From an uncultured Gammaproteobacteria bacterium (GTDB taxonomy: Bacteria > Patescibacteriota > Patescibacteriia > Buchananbacterales > UBA6539): a stretch of DNA of 64,000 bases. The DNA lies in the NCBI GenBank assembly GCA_964535715.1, contig CAZHUO010000002.1:16916-80915 (forward strand). Reading direction: 5' to 3'. The notes under the pieces are model-generated. The model was not told where the DNA came from. It saw only the letters and a program-made list of their open reading frames with translations, and did not search any database. The position numbers and the translations under genes are program-made. Position 1 is the stretch's first letter. Each line of letters opens with the position of its first letter. This document shows positions 1 to 6,846 of this stretch, in pieces.

Positions 1-63
1 GATGAAATTAAAGAAAAAGTGGAGCAGTTAATTAAAAGTCTTGAATTATCTAAATTAAATTGA
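1..63 (+). CDS. 3' end of an upstream CDS (partial, product unknown)
   Basis: Frame 1 is open from the window edge (DEIKEKVEQLIKSLELSKLN) and stops at TGA 61-63. It is too short to assign. Confidence 0.4.
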   Translation, partial: DEIKEKVEQLIKSLELSKLN

Positions 64-218
64 TAACAGGTTTTATGCCGCTGTAAGTTAACAGTTTTAC
101 AGCATCAGCTGGACGTTTTTTGAAGAACTTGGTAAGATAAATATAACAATTTAACTAATCAACATAGCGCCGTTTTTGGCGTGTTTTTTAAAACTGCATA
201 ATCACCTTTACGTCATCT

Positions 219-255
219 TTGACGTCTTGACATAAAAAACCCTATAATATAAGAT
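219..255 (+). promoter_or_regulatory. Candidate sigma70-type promoter with an abutting palindrome, upstream of the peptide/radical-SAM cassette
   Basis: TTGACG (219-224), 18 nt, TATAAT (243-248). An alternative is TTGACA (227-232), 17 nt, TAAGAT (250-255). The perfect palindrome ACGTCA-tctt-TGACGT (210-225) overlaps the -35. Pattern only. Confidence 0.4.
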
Positions 256-436
256 AAAGCGTTAAATTGGTGGCAAAGACGATTATTTTAGTGGTTAATT
301 TTTGTTGATTTTACCCCTTAAACCTATTATTTTGAGGGAAGTCTAAAAGTATAAACCAACAGAAACTAGCCACTTGCTAGATTGTCCTTTGTCATAAGCG
401 AACAGAATGTGAATGGTCGAAAGGAGGTGACAGGTC

Positions 437-520
437 ATGTTGAAAGAGTTCACGCTCGAGAAGCGGTCAAAGGTATCCAGCCGCACGTTGAAGGACGCGG
501 TGGACATGGACCAGGACTAG
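437..520 (+). CDS. 27-aa candidate RiPP precursor peptide (MLKEFTLEKRSKVSSRTLKDAVDMDQD)
   Basis: ATG 437 follows a consensus SD AAGGAGGTGA (421-430) with a 6-nt spacer. TAG 518-520 lies just upstream of the PqqD-like/rSAM/SPASM gene. The ORF is too short for the supplied track and has no homology support. Confidence 0.5.
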   Translation: MLKEFTLEKRSKVSSRTLKDAVDMDQD

Positions 521-530
521 GCCGAGAAGC

Positions 531-2018
531 GTGGGGAGGATGGTGGCTTTGCTAAAGGCAAGGTGCCATCCTCCCCCAACATTCATTCAGGAAAGGAAAA
601 AAGTGATGTATCCAATACTGGTTGATTGCCGAGTAAGGGGGGCTGAAGGTGACTATTACCTTCATCGTTACCGTACGGGTGATGAGTTTGTTCTTGACTC
701 GTTACAAGCACAAATTCTGCAAGCCTGCACAGGAGAGCATGATGTTGAATGGTTGTCCGGAGAGTTCAATCAGCCAGCCGCAGATATCATGATTTTCCTT
801 GACACGCTCCAAGAGGCTGGTCTGGTGATGAAAAGCGAGGGGGCAACAAAGATTGAGTTCGCAGCGCTCACCAAGCCGCCTTACCTCCGCGAAGTTCATA
901 TTGACGCCACAGGCTGGTGCAATCTCTTTGGAAAGTGTAAGCATTGTTACGGCCGACGAACATTCGAAGAAGCTACTAATGACCAGCTAACAACGGAAGA
1001 GATGATACAGCTCATCGAACAGCTTGGCCAGATGAATGTGGCAAACTGCGTAATGTCCGGTGGGGAAGTGTTCATGAGAAAAGATTTACCCCAACTGATC
1101 TCTTGTCTGGCCCAGCAGCACATCCATCTCACCGGTATCTTCACGAATGGAACGATTTATCGCGATGACGTTGTCGATGCGCTTCAAAAGGAAAAGATGA
1201 GGACTCGTTTTCTTGTCAGCCTTGATGGCCACACTCCCGAGATTCATGACTTTATGCGGGGTCACGGTAACTTTCAAAAGACGGTCGATTTCATCGGTCG
1301 GATTCACGCCGCAGGATTTCCGGTAACAATCAATACCGTGGTCATCAAGCAGAACGTTGCGCACCTAATGGCGATGGCTCGTTTCCTGGAAATCCTTGGA
1401 ACGGTTTACCTCTGGCGCATATCGGTACCTCGCGAACAGGGAGAGACGATTGTCAACAAGGAGCTTATTCTGCCAGACTGGAATGACGTTTTTGCAGCCT
1501 ATGAGCAATTGATCAGGTATGCAATCGCTTCCACTGGCGGGATGCAGTACCAGATCAGCTCAATCTTCAAGTCAGCGTTGCTTGAAGAGCCAATCTACTA
1601 CCTGTTCCGCCCGGAAAGTAGTTGCTGCGAATACAAGCGCAACTCCATTACGGTTAAGCCGAATGGCAAGGTTACTCCTTGTACCGCCTTTGACAATTTC
1701 GTCTTGGGTGATGTCAGGCAAAGCTCGTTGGCCGACATCTGGTACAGTGATCTGACGCAGTCATTCAAGGTTCTTCCAGTTCAAGCAACGGCCTGCAGAG
1801 GCTGCGAACTGTTGCCGTATTGTGGAGGTGGTTGTCGCAAAGTGGCATGGGAGATGCACGGCAGCGCTTTGGCTCTGGACGACAGCGCTTGCCCACTTTA
1901 CCGGTTTGCCCGGGATGTTGTCGGGCCCCTTCTGGAGGAACAGGGCGTAACGGCAGAACTGCTTGAGCGCCCCAGTACCTATCGGTTCGATCCACGCATC
2001 ATCGATCACGCGATATGA
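531..2018 (+). CDS. Radical SAM/SPASM peptide-modifying enzyme with a fused N-terminal PqqD-like RRE domain
   Basis: RRE-like segment FVLDSLQAQILQACTGEHDVEWLSGEF...IMIFLDTLQEAGLV. rSAM core GWCNLFGKCKHCYG, SGGEVF, SLDG. 7-Cys SPASM region CCEYKRNSITVKPNGKVTPC...CRGCELLPYCGGGC...ACPLY. The start is ambiguous: GTG 531, ATG 540, TTG 549, or ATG 606 (AGGA 8 nt upstream). Confidence 0.9.
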   Translation: MGRMVALLKARCHPPPTFIQERKKVMYPILVDCRVRGAEGDYYLHRYRTGDEFVLDSLQAQILQACTGEHDVEWLSGEFNQPAADIMIFLDTLQEAGLVMKSEGATKIEFAALTKPPYLREVHIDATGWCNLFGKCKHCYGRRTFEEATNDQLTTEEMIQLIEQLGQMNVANCVMSGGEVFMRKDLPQLISCLAQQHIHLTGIFTNGTIYRDDVVDALQKEKMRTRFLVSLDGHTPEIHDFMRGHGNFQKTVDFIGRIHAAGFPVTINTVVIKQNVAHLMAMARFLEILGTVYLWRISVPREQGETIVNKELILPDWNDVFAAYEQLIRYAIASTGGMQYQISSIFKSALLEEPIYYLFRPESSCCEYKRNSITVKPNGKVTPCTAFDNFVLGDVRQSSLADIWYSDLTQSFKVLPVQATACRGCELLPYCGGGCRKVAWEMHGSALALDDSACPLYRFARDVVGPLLEEQGVTAELLERPSTYRFDPRIIDHAI

Positions 2019-2032
2019 GCTAATTAAGTTAT

Positions 2033-2075
2033 GGAGGGGAGGAGTGAAAACCACGTCTTCCCTCCAATATTTTTA
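2033..2075 (+). terminator. Intrinsic terminator closing the GC-rich cassette
   Basis: GGAGGGGAGGA (2033-2043) pairs imperfectly with TCTTCCCTCC (2056-2065), followed by aatattttt. Confidence 0.55.
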
Positions 2076-2884
2076 TGAAAATGAAAAAAAATAAAACTAG
2101 GAAAGAGTGGTGGCAAAAAATTTTTGATCAGGATTATATTAAAACTTACATTGATATCACACCACAAGAGCTTACGGACAAGCAAGTCTCTTTTTTAATA
2201 AATAAATTAAAGCCGATTTCCAAAAAGAAAATTTTAGATTTGGGATGTGGTTATGGCCGTCATACTCTAAAGCTTGCTAAGCTCGGTTGTTCGATTATTG
2301 GTCTTGATTATTCCAAATTATTTTTGAATATTGCCAAAAGACAAGCCGCAAAAGAAGGCATTAAAGCAAATTTTGTTACAGGCGATATGAGGAAGCTTGG
2401 ATTTAAAAATAAGTTTGACGCGGTTATTTGTATGTTTACATCCTTTGGCTATTTTAATGAATACACAGATCATGAGGATACAATTAGGGGTGTTGCCAAA
2501 GCCCTTAAGTCAAAGGGAATATTTTTATTAGATTTGAATAACCCAGCTCGTCGGTTAGCAGGGATAATCAAGAATGGTAAGCTGGACAAAAAAAGGAAAA
2601 TTTTAATCACTAAAAAGATTTTTAAATTATCGAACGGTTTGAAAGTTACGATAACGCAAGAATTTGATTTGATTAAAATGCGTTGGAAATTAATTAGGCA
2701 GTGGAAGGAAGGTAAGAGGAATAAAAAGTATTCTTCAGATATTTATTTATTTACCTTGCCGGAAATTAAACACTTACTGGAACACAATGGATTTAAAGTT
2801 GAGAAAACATGGGGCGATTTTGACGGTTCACTGTTTAATCTTGAGAGTCGAAGGTTGATTATTTTAGCAAGAAAAAAATTGTAA
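2075..2884 (+). CDS. Class I SAM-dependent methyltransferase
   Basis: Motif I ILDLGCGYGRH, followed by FDAVICMFTSFGYF. Confidence 0.85.
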   Translation: MKMKKNKTRKEWWQKIFDQDYIKTYIDITPQELTDKQVSFLINKLKPISKKKILDLGCGYGRHTLKLAKLGCSIIGLDYSKLFLNIAKRQAAKEGIKANFVTGDMRKLGFKNKFDAVICMFTSFGYFNEYTDHEDTIRGVAKALKSKGIFLLDLNNPARRLAGIIKNGKLDKKRKILITKKIFKLSNGLKVTITQEFDLIKMRWKLIRQWKEGKRNKKYSSDIYLFTLPEIKHLLEHNGFKVEKTWGDFDGSLFNLESRRLIILARKKL

Positions 2885-2895
2885 TATTTTGCATT

Positions 2896-3312
2896 ATGAA
2901 AATTCGTTGGGCTAAAACCAATAAAGATTTTACCTATATTGCTTCTTTATTTAACCCAAAAAATAACCGATATGTTTGGCCGAAAACTCAAACCGCTAAG
3001 CAAGTTAAACAAAACTGCAGTGAAACCAGACGTTATTATATTTTATTAGTTAAGAATAAACCAGTTGGCTGGTTTAACACTCGTTTGTCCGACAGTAAAG
3101 AAGCAACCATTGGAATAATTATTGACTATCCCTACCAAGGTCAAGGTTTTGGCAAACAAGCTATGGCTTTAATTAAAAAGGAAGCAAAAAAATTAGGAAT
3201 GAGAAGATTGCGGCTGGAAGTTTTTTTGGATAATAAATCAGCTATCAATCTTTATAAGAAAACCGGCTTTCGAACAGCAGCTAAAGTGGTGGTAATGGAA
3301 AAGAAAATTTAG
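2896..3312 (+). CDS. GNAT family N-acetyltransferase
   Basis: Acetyl-CoA motif QGQGFGKQAM and C-terminal NKSAINLYKKTGF. Confidence 0.8.
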   Translation: MKIRWAKTNKDFTYIASLFNPKNNRYVWPKTQTAKQVKQNCSETRRYYILLVKNKPVGWFNTRLSDSKEATIGIIIDYPYQGQGFGKQAMALIKKEAKKLGMRRLRLEVFLDNKSAINLYKKTGFRTAAKVVVMEKKI

Positions 3313-3346
3313 ATATCTAAACTTATTTTGTTAAAAATTATTAACC

Positions 3347-3760
3347 ATGCGAGTACGAGCGATTATAATTAAGGACAATAAAATAATCCTGATTAAAAGA
3401 GTAAGACCTAATGAAACATATTGGGTTTTTCCCGGTGGCGGTGTTGATTCTGGCGAAACAAAAGAAAATGCCCTAGCTAGAGAAATTAAGGAAGAATTGG
3501 GTTTGGATATTGAAGTAAAAGAATTATTTCTAAAAAGGCAATCAGATAAACCGGGAATGGAAGGTATAATGGAATACTTTTTTTCGGCAGATATTATCGG
3601 TGGTGAGCTCGGCAGTGGCGATGGTCCGGAATACCAGAGTGGTACTAATTATGAAGGTAATTACAAAATTGATTTAATTGACATTGGTGATTTAGACCAA
3701 ATCAATTTAAAACCAAAAGAAGCTAAGGATTTGGTTCTAAAATTATCTAGTCAAAAATGA
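3347..3760 (+). CDS. NUDIX hydrolase
   Basis: Nudix box GGGVDSGETKENALAREIKEELGL. Confidence 0.85.
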   Translation: MRVRAIIIKDNKIILIKRVRPNETYWVFPGGGVDSGETKENALAREIKEELGLDIEVKELFLKRQSDKPGMEGIMEYFFSADIIGGELGSGDGPEYQSGTNYEGNYKIDLIDIGDLDQINLKPKEAKDLVLKLSSQK

Positions 3761-4386
3761 AAAGAATTATTTTAACATCCCACGGATTCGAAAAAAATAA
3801 GAAATTAAAGCAGCAACTTCTTGGATTACTGCCATCTTTGACTAAAAATTTATCCGTTGTTATTATAACAACCGCTTCAGCCGAATGGAAGGAAAAAAAT
3901 AAACATGCCGTTTCCGCTAAACAAGCGTTGGAAAATATGGGATTTAAAAAGGTAGCTTTTCTGGACGTAGAATTTGAAAGTCCAAATAAGCTAAAGGATT
4001 TTAATTTAATTTATATTTGTGGTGGAAATCCATTTTATCTTTTATATCACCTTAAGAAAAGCGGAGCTGACAAAGTAATTCAGAAGCTAGCAGACAAGGG
4101 AGTTATCTTAGTTGGTGTTAGCGCTGGTGCTGTAGTATTAGGCCCAAGTATCAAAGTCGCTCAATATTTTGATGATGAGAAAAATATTGTTAAGTTAAAA
4201 AATTTTTCTGCCTTGAAACTAACTGACATTATAATTTTACCTCATTATAAAATAGAATACGAAAATAAAGTAAAAGATTTTGAAAAAGAAAATCATTGTC
4301 AGGTTACTCGTCTAAAAGATAGCCAAGGCGTTACGGTAATTGAAGATAAAATTAAGCCCATTGATTTCGGCGGCCGCAAACCGTAA
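3757..4386 (+). CDS. Peptidase S51 (dipeptidase E-like)
   Basis: ICGGNPFYLLYHL and VGVSAGAVVLG, the S51 nucleophile context. ATGA start/stop overlap with the preceding gene. Confidence 0.75.
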   Translation: MKRIILTSHGFEKNKKLKQQLLGLLPSLTKNLSVVIITTASAEWKEKNKHAVSAKQALENMGFKKVAFLDVEFESPNKLKDFNLIYICGGNPFYLLYHLKKSGADKVIQKLADKGVILVGVSAGAVVLGPSIKVAQYFDDEKNIVKLKNFSALKLTDIIILPHYKIEYENKVKDFEKENHCQVTRLKDSQGVTVIEDKIKPIDFGGRKP

Positions 4387-4419
4387 TTTGCGGTACAAGT
4401 AGCCTACTTTCAGTATCAG

Positions 4420-4738
4420 AATAATGGAATTGGATCAAATACTAATTACTCAGACTTAAAAACAGGACACACCAGTGTCCGATTTTTGGGACAGCACAAT
4501 ATCCCTGTCCCGTGTCCGATTTGTCCAATTTTGTAGAATTAGGCCTGACCGAGATGCCTCAAACTCGCCTCTAGTAAATACTCTAAATAACCCTTATAAT
4601 GCTTGTAAAGTTTCGGTTCTAGACCGAGGTACACTGCCAGAAAATCGCCGAAGAGGCGTTTTTTTGCCTGTCCGCCTCTCTGGCTCGCCATTCGGTGGCT
4701 TGCGGGGTATAATGTAACTAATAATTAATTCCATTATT
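4420..4738. repeat. IR-bounded GC-rich non-coding island (candidate ncRNA, regulatory array or MITE-like insert)
   Basis: A perfect 12-bp inverted repeat, AATAATGGAATT (4420-4431) / AATTCCATTATT (4727-4738), encloses palindromes GGACAC-acca-GTGTCC (4465-4480) and GGGACAG-N10-CTGTCCC (4488-4511), direct repeats GTGTCCGATTT (4475-4485, 4512-4522) and a terminator. Confidence 0.45.
4641..4665 (+). terminator. Intrinsic terminator inside the non-coding island
   Basis: aaaatCGCC-gaaga-GGCG followed by seven T (4659-4665). The stem is short (4 GC pairs). Confidence 0.45.
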
Positions 4739-4754
4739 TTTAACCAATATCATT

Positions 4755-5090
4755 ATGCAATTTCTAATCAATTGGCTAATCTATACTTTAGCCATTATCA
4801 TTACCGCCTATTTGCTGCCGGGCGCAACGATTGAAAGCCTTTTTGCCGCATTTGTTTTGGCTTTGGTTTTGGGGTTGATTAACGCGGTTTTAAAGCCGAT
4901 AATAATTATTTTGACTTTGCCGATTAATATTTTAACCCTGGGACTTTTGACATTGGTGATTAACGCCTTACTGGTGATGCTGGCCGATTTTATTGTGCCG
5001 GGTTTTTCCGTTGGCAGTTTTTGGTGGGCGCTTTTATTCAGCATCATTTTGTCAATTATCAATCTGGTGTTAAGCCGGATTAAAGAGTAA
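4755..5090 (+). CDS. Phage holin family IV / DUF360 (YvlD-like) membrane protein
   Basis: 111 aa, about four TM segments, LGLINAVLKPIIIILTLPINILTLGLLTLVINAL pattern typical of this family. Confidence 0.7.
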   Translation: MQFLINWLIYTLAIIITAYLLPGATIESLFAAFVLALVLGLINAVLKPIIIILTLPINILTLGLLTLVINALLVMLADFIVPGFSVGSFWWALLFSIILSIINLVLSRIKE

Positions 5091-5185
5091 ATAATCGAAT
5101 ATAAGTTTTCGTCGTAAAATGTTGTGTGAATTTTTGTCGTAGTCTATCCGCCAAAAGATACCATTTAGTTGTTGATATTTTTTGT

Positions 5186-5214
5186 TTGACTGAGTTTTGA
5201 GGCGGGTATATAAT
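5186..5214 (+). promoter_or_regulatory. Near-consensus sigma70 promoter
   Basis: TTGACT (5186-5191), 17 nt, TATAAT (5209-5214), about 120 nt upstream of ATG 5337. Confidence 0.5.
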
Positions 5215-5267
5215 ACCAAAGCTAATTATTTAATCGAGATTGTTATGGTAAAAACCGTAAATAATCA

Positions 5268-5366
5268 ACCCCGCACTAATTTTATAATCAATTTTATAAA
5301 TATATCTTTTAATTATAATTATTTAATAATAAATGTATGACTCAAAACACTAAATTAGTGCGGGGT
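5268..5366. repeat. 15-bp perfect GC-rich inverted repeat bracketing the start codon of ORF 5337
   Basis: ACCCCGCACTAATTT (5268-5282) / AAATTAGTGCGGGGT (5352-5366), 69-nt AT-rich spacer. It shares the 12-mer CCCCGCACTAAT with 15634-15645. Confidence 0.8.
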
Positions 5367-5663
5367 CAACATAGCGCAACAATTGATGACGTTTTAGAGG
5401 CAGTCAATATTTTTGCCGACGAAACTCATCAGGAGTTTAGTCATGTCAAAGGCGAGATATCGGAGATTAATAGTAACATAACAAGAATGGTTACCAAAGA
5501 TTACCTGGATGACAAGATGTCGGATTTAAGAGGCGATTTAGTAGTGATGATGAGAAAAGAAGATAATAAGCTAAAAACTCTGGTCGGTGTATTAAAAGAA
5601 AAGTCAGTTTTAGATAGCAGTGATGTCAGCCGGATATATTCAATGGAGCCTTTTGCTCAATAA
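5337..5663 (+). CDS. Hypothetical protein (coiled-coil-like)
   Basis: 108-aa ORF with a promoter upstream and a terminator downstream. No family recognised. Confidence 0.55.
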   Translation: MTQNTKLVRGQHSATIDDVLEAVNIFADETHQEFSHVKGEISEINSNITRMVTKDYLDDKMSDLRGDLVVMMRKEDNKLKTLVGVLKEKSVLDSSDVSRIYSMEPFAQ

Positions 5664-5682
5664 TCTGAATTAATTAAATTAA

Positions 5683-5706
5683 AGCCCGCCATTGGCGGCT
5701 TTTTTG
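5683..5706 (+). terminator. Intrinsic terminator
   Basis: AGCCCGCC-att-GGCGGCT followed by a T-run (5700-5705). Confidence 0.7.
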
Positions 5707-5822
5707 ATTTTTTTAAGTCTCTTTTTTTATAGCTAAGAATTCTATTTCTGCTGTTTTCTCCCAAGCTTGTAAGTAATTATAACCTTATCTATAATGTAAG
5801 ACAGGGAAGTAATTTTATAATT

Positions 5823-6845
5823 ATGGATTTAGATAGAATAAATGAAATACTAAAATCATATCAGTTTTTTCGGCGCAAGCAGGTTGATGAAGCGATTTTT
5901 AATCGCTTGGCTTCTAATTGGTCTGAAGTTTCCAACTTGCCCAAAGATCTGATTGAAATTCTTCAAAATGAATGCCCTTTGGAAATCAAAGCGAAAACCT
6001 TTGAAACCAAAGACAAAAAAACCGTAAAAGCTGCAATTATATTGTCAGACAATAAGGAAATCGAAACTGTTTTAATGCGTCATAAAGACAATCGCAATAC
6101 GGTCTGCGTATCTTGCCAGGTCGGCTGCGCTTTAAACTGCGCTTTTTGCGCAACCGGCCAGCAGGGCTTTTGCCGAGATCTGACATCTTCGGAAATTATT
6201 TTGCAGGTTTTATATTTTGCCCGCTTTTTAAAAAAAGAAAACGCCAAAATTACCAATGTTGTTTTTATGGGCATGGGCGAGCCGTTTTTGAATTATGATA
6301 ATGTAATGAAGGCGATTTATTGGCTGAATGACAAAGATAAATTTAATTTAGGAAGCCGCCAAATTTCCATTTCAACTTCAGGAATTATTGAAGGCATAAA
6401 TAAGCTTGCCAAAGAGCCATTGCAGGTAAATTTGGCTTTTTCATTTCATGCTGTTGATAACGATTTACGAACCAAGCTTATGCCGATTAACCAAACTAAT
6501 TCCTTGAGTAAAGTATTGGAGGCAATCGGCAATTATATTGAGAAAACAAATCGGCGGGTAATGATTGAATATCTAATGCTTGAAAATATTAATGATTCAG
6601 AAAATTCGGCTCTTGACTTGGCCAAGCTTTTAAAGAAAAAACTGCATCGACTTTTTTTTGTCAATTTGATCAGTTACAATGCGACTGAAAAATTTCAGCC
6701 TTCAAACCCGGAAACAATAAAAAAATTCAAAAGCATTTTGGAAAAAGAGGGAATTGTTGTGGTTCAAAGATATCGCTTCGGAACAGATATTAAAGCCGCC
6801 TGCGGCCAGCTGGCTTTAAATAGAGTAAAATTAAAAGACAAATAA
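5823..6845 (+). CDS. rlmN: 23S rRNA/tRNA (adenine-C2)-methyltransferase RlmN (radical SAM)
   Basis: CQVGCALNCAFCATGQQGF, GMGEPFLNYDNV, C-terminal ACGQL. Confidence 0.9.
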   Translation: MDLDRINEILKSYQFFRRKQVDEAIFNRLASNWSEVSNLPKDLIEILQNECPLEIKAKTFETKDKKTVKAAIILSDNKEIETVLMRHKDNRNTVCVSCQVGCALNCAFCATGQQGFCRDLTSSEIILQVLYFARFLKKENAKITNVVFMGMGEPFLNYDNVMKAIYWLNDKDKFNLGSRQISISTSGIIEGINKLAKEPLQVNLAFSFHAVDNDLRTKLMPINQTNSLSKVLEAIGNYIEKTNRRVMIEYLMLENINDSENSALDLAKLLKKKLHRLFFVNLISYNATEKFQPSNPETIKKFKSILEKEGIVVVQRYRFGTDIKAACGQLALNRVKLKDK

Positions 6846-6846
6846 T

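Noticed and set aside
80-190. Two hairpins after the first partial gene: GCTGTAA/TTACAGC (80-103), and CGCC-gttttt-GGCG plus T-run (168-189), as possible terminators.
   Set aside because: The first has its T-run 12 nt from the stem. The second has only a 4-bp stem. Both are too weak to list as features, though one of them probably ends the upstream gene.
382-555. An alternative-frame ORF across the peptide region ending ...HVEGRGGHGPGLGREAWGGWWLC*. Its Gly-rich, Trp/Cys-containing tail looks more RiPP-like than the 27-aa peptide.
   Set aside because: The frame has no ATG. The only candidate starts (TTG 382, GTG 409, GTG 427) lack a usable SD, and GTG 427 is itself part of the SD for ATG 437. 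I keep it as a hypothesis to test by MS, not as a feature.
702-2054. Several 60-97-codon ORFs antisense to or out of frame with the radical SAM gene (702-944, 947-1144, 1086-1364, 1519-1755, 1761-2054, 1765-1995).
   Set aside because: They lie entirely within a well-supported long CDS in a GC-rich segment where stop codons are rare. No start signals or recognisable motifs.
3757-3760. Possibility of an alternative genetic code (UGA recoding), as in some candidate phyla.
   Set aside because: Long ORFs end cleanly at TGA, TAA and TAG (for example the ATGA overlaps at 3757-3760 and 23005-23008, and TGA at 34757-34759). Conserved proteins are full length under code 11.
4613-4650. Resemblance of GGTTCTAG...TACAC...GAAAA to the Bacillus preQ1-I riboswitch (GGUUCUAGCUACACCCUCUAUAAAAAACUAA).
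   Set aside because: The required P1 pairing and the A-rich ACUA tail are absent, and the downstream gene is unrelated to queuosine. Probably coincidental.
4475-4717. An 80-codon GTG-initiated ORF in the non-coding island.
   Set aside because: It runs through hairpins, direct repeats and an intrinsic terminator. It has no SD and an Arg/Pro/Ser-rich, low-plausibility sequence. The region is better explained as structured or regulatory DNA or RNA.
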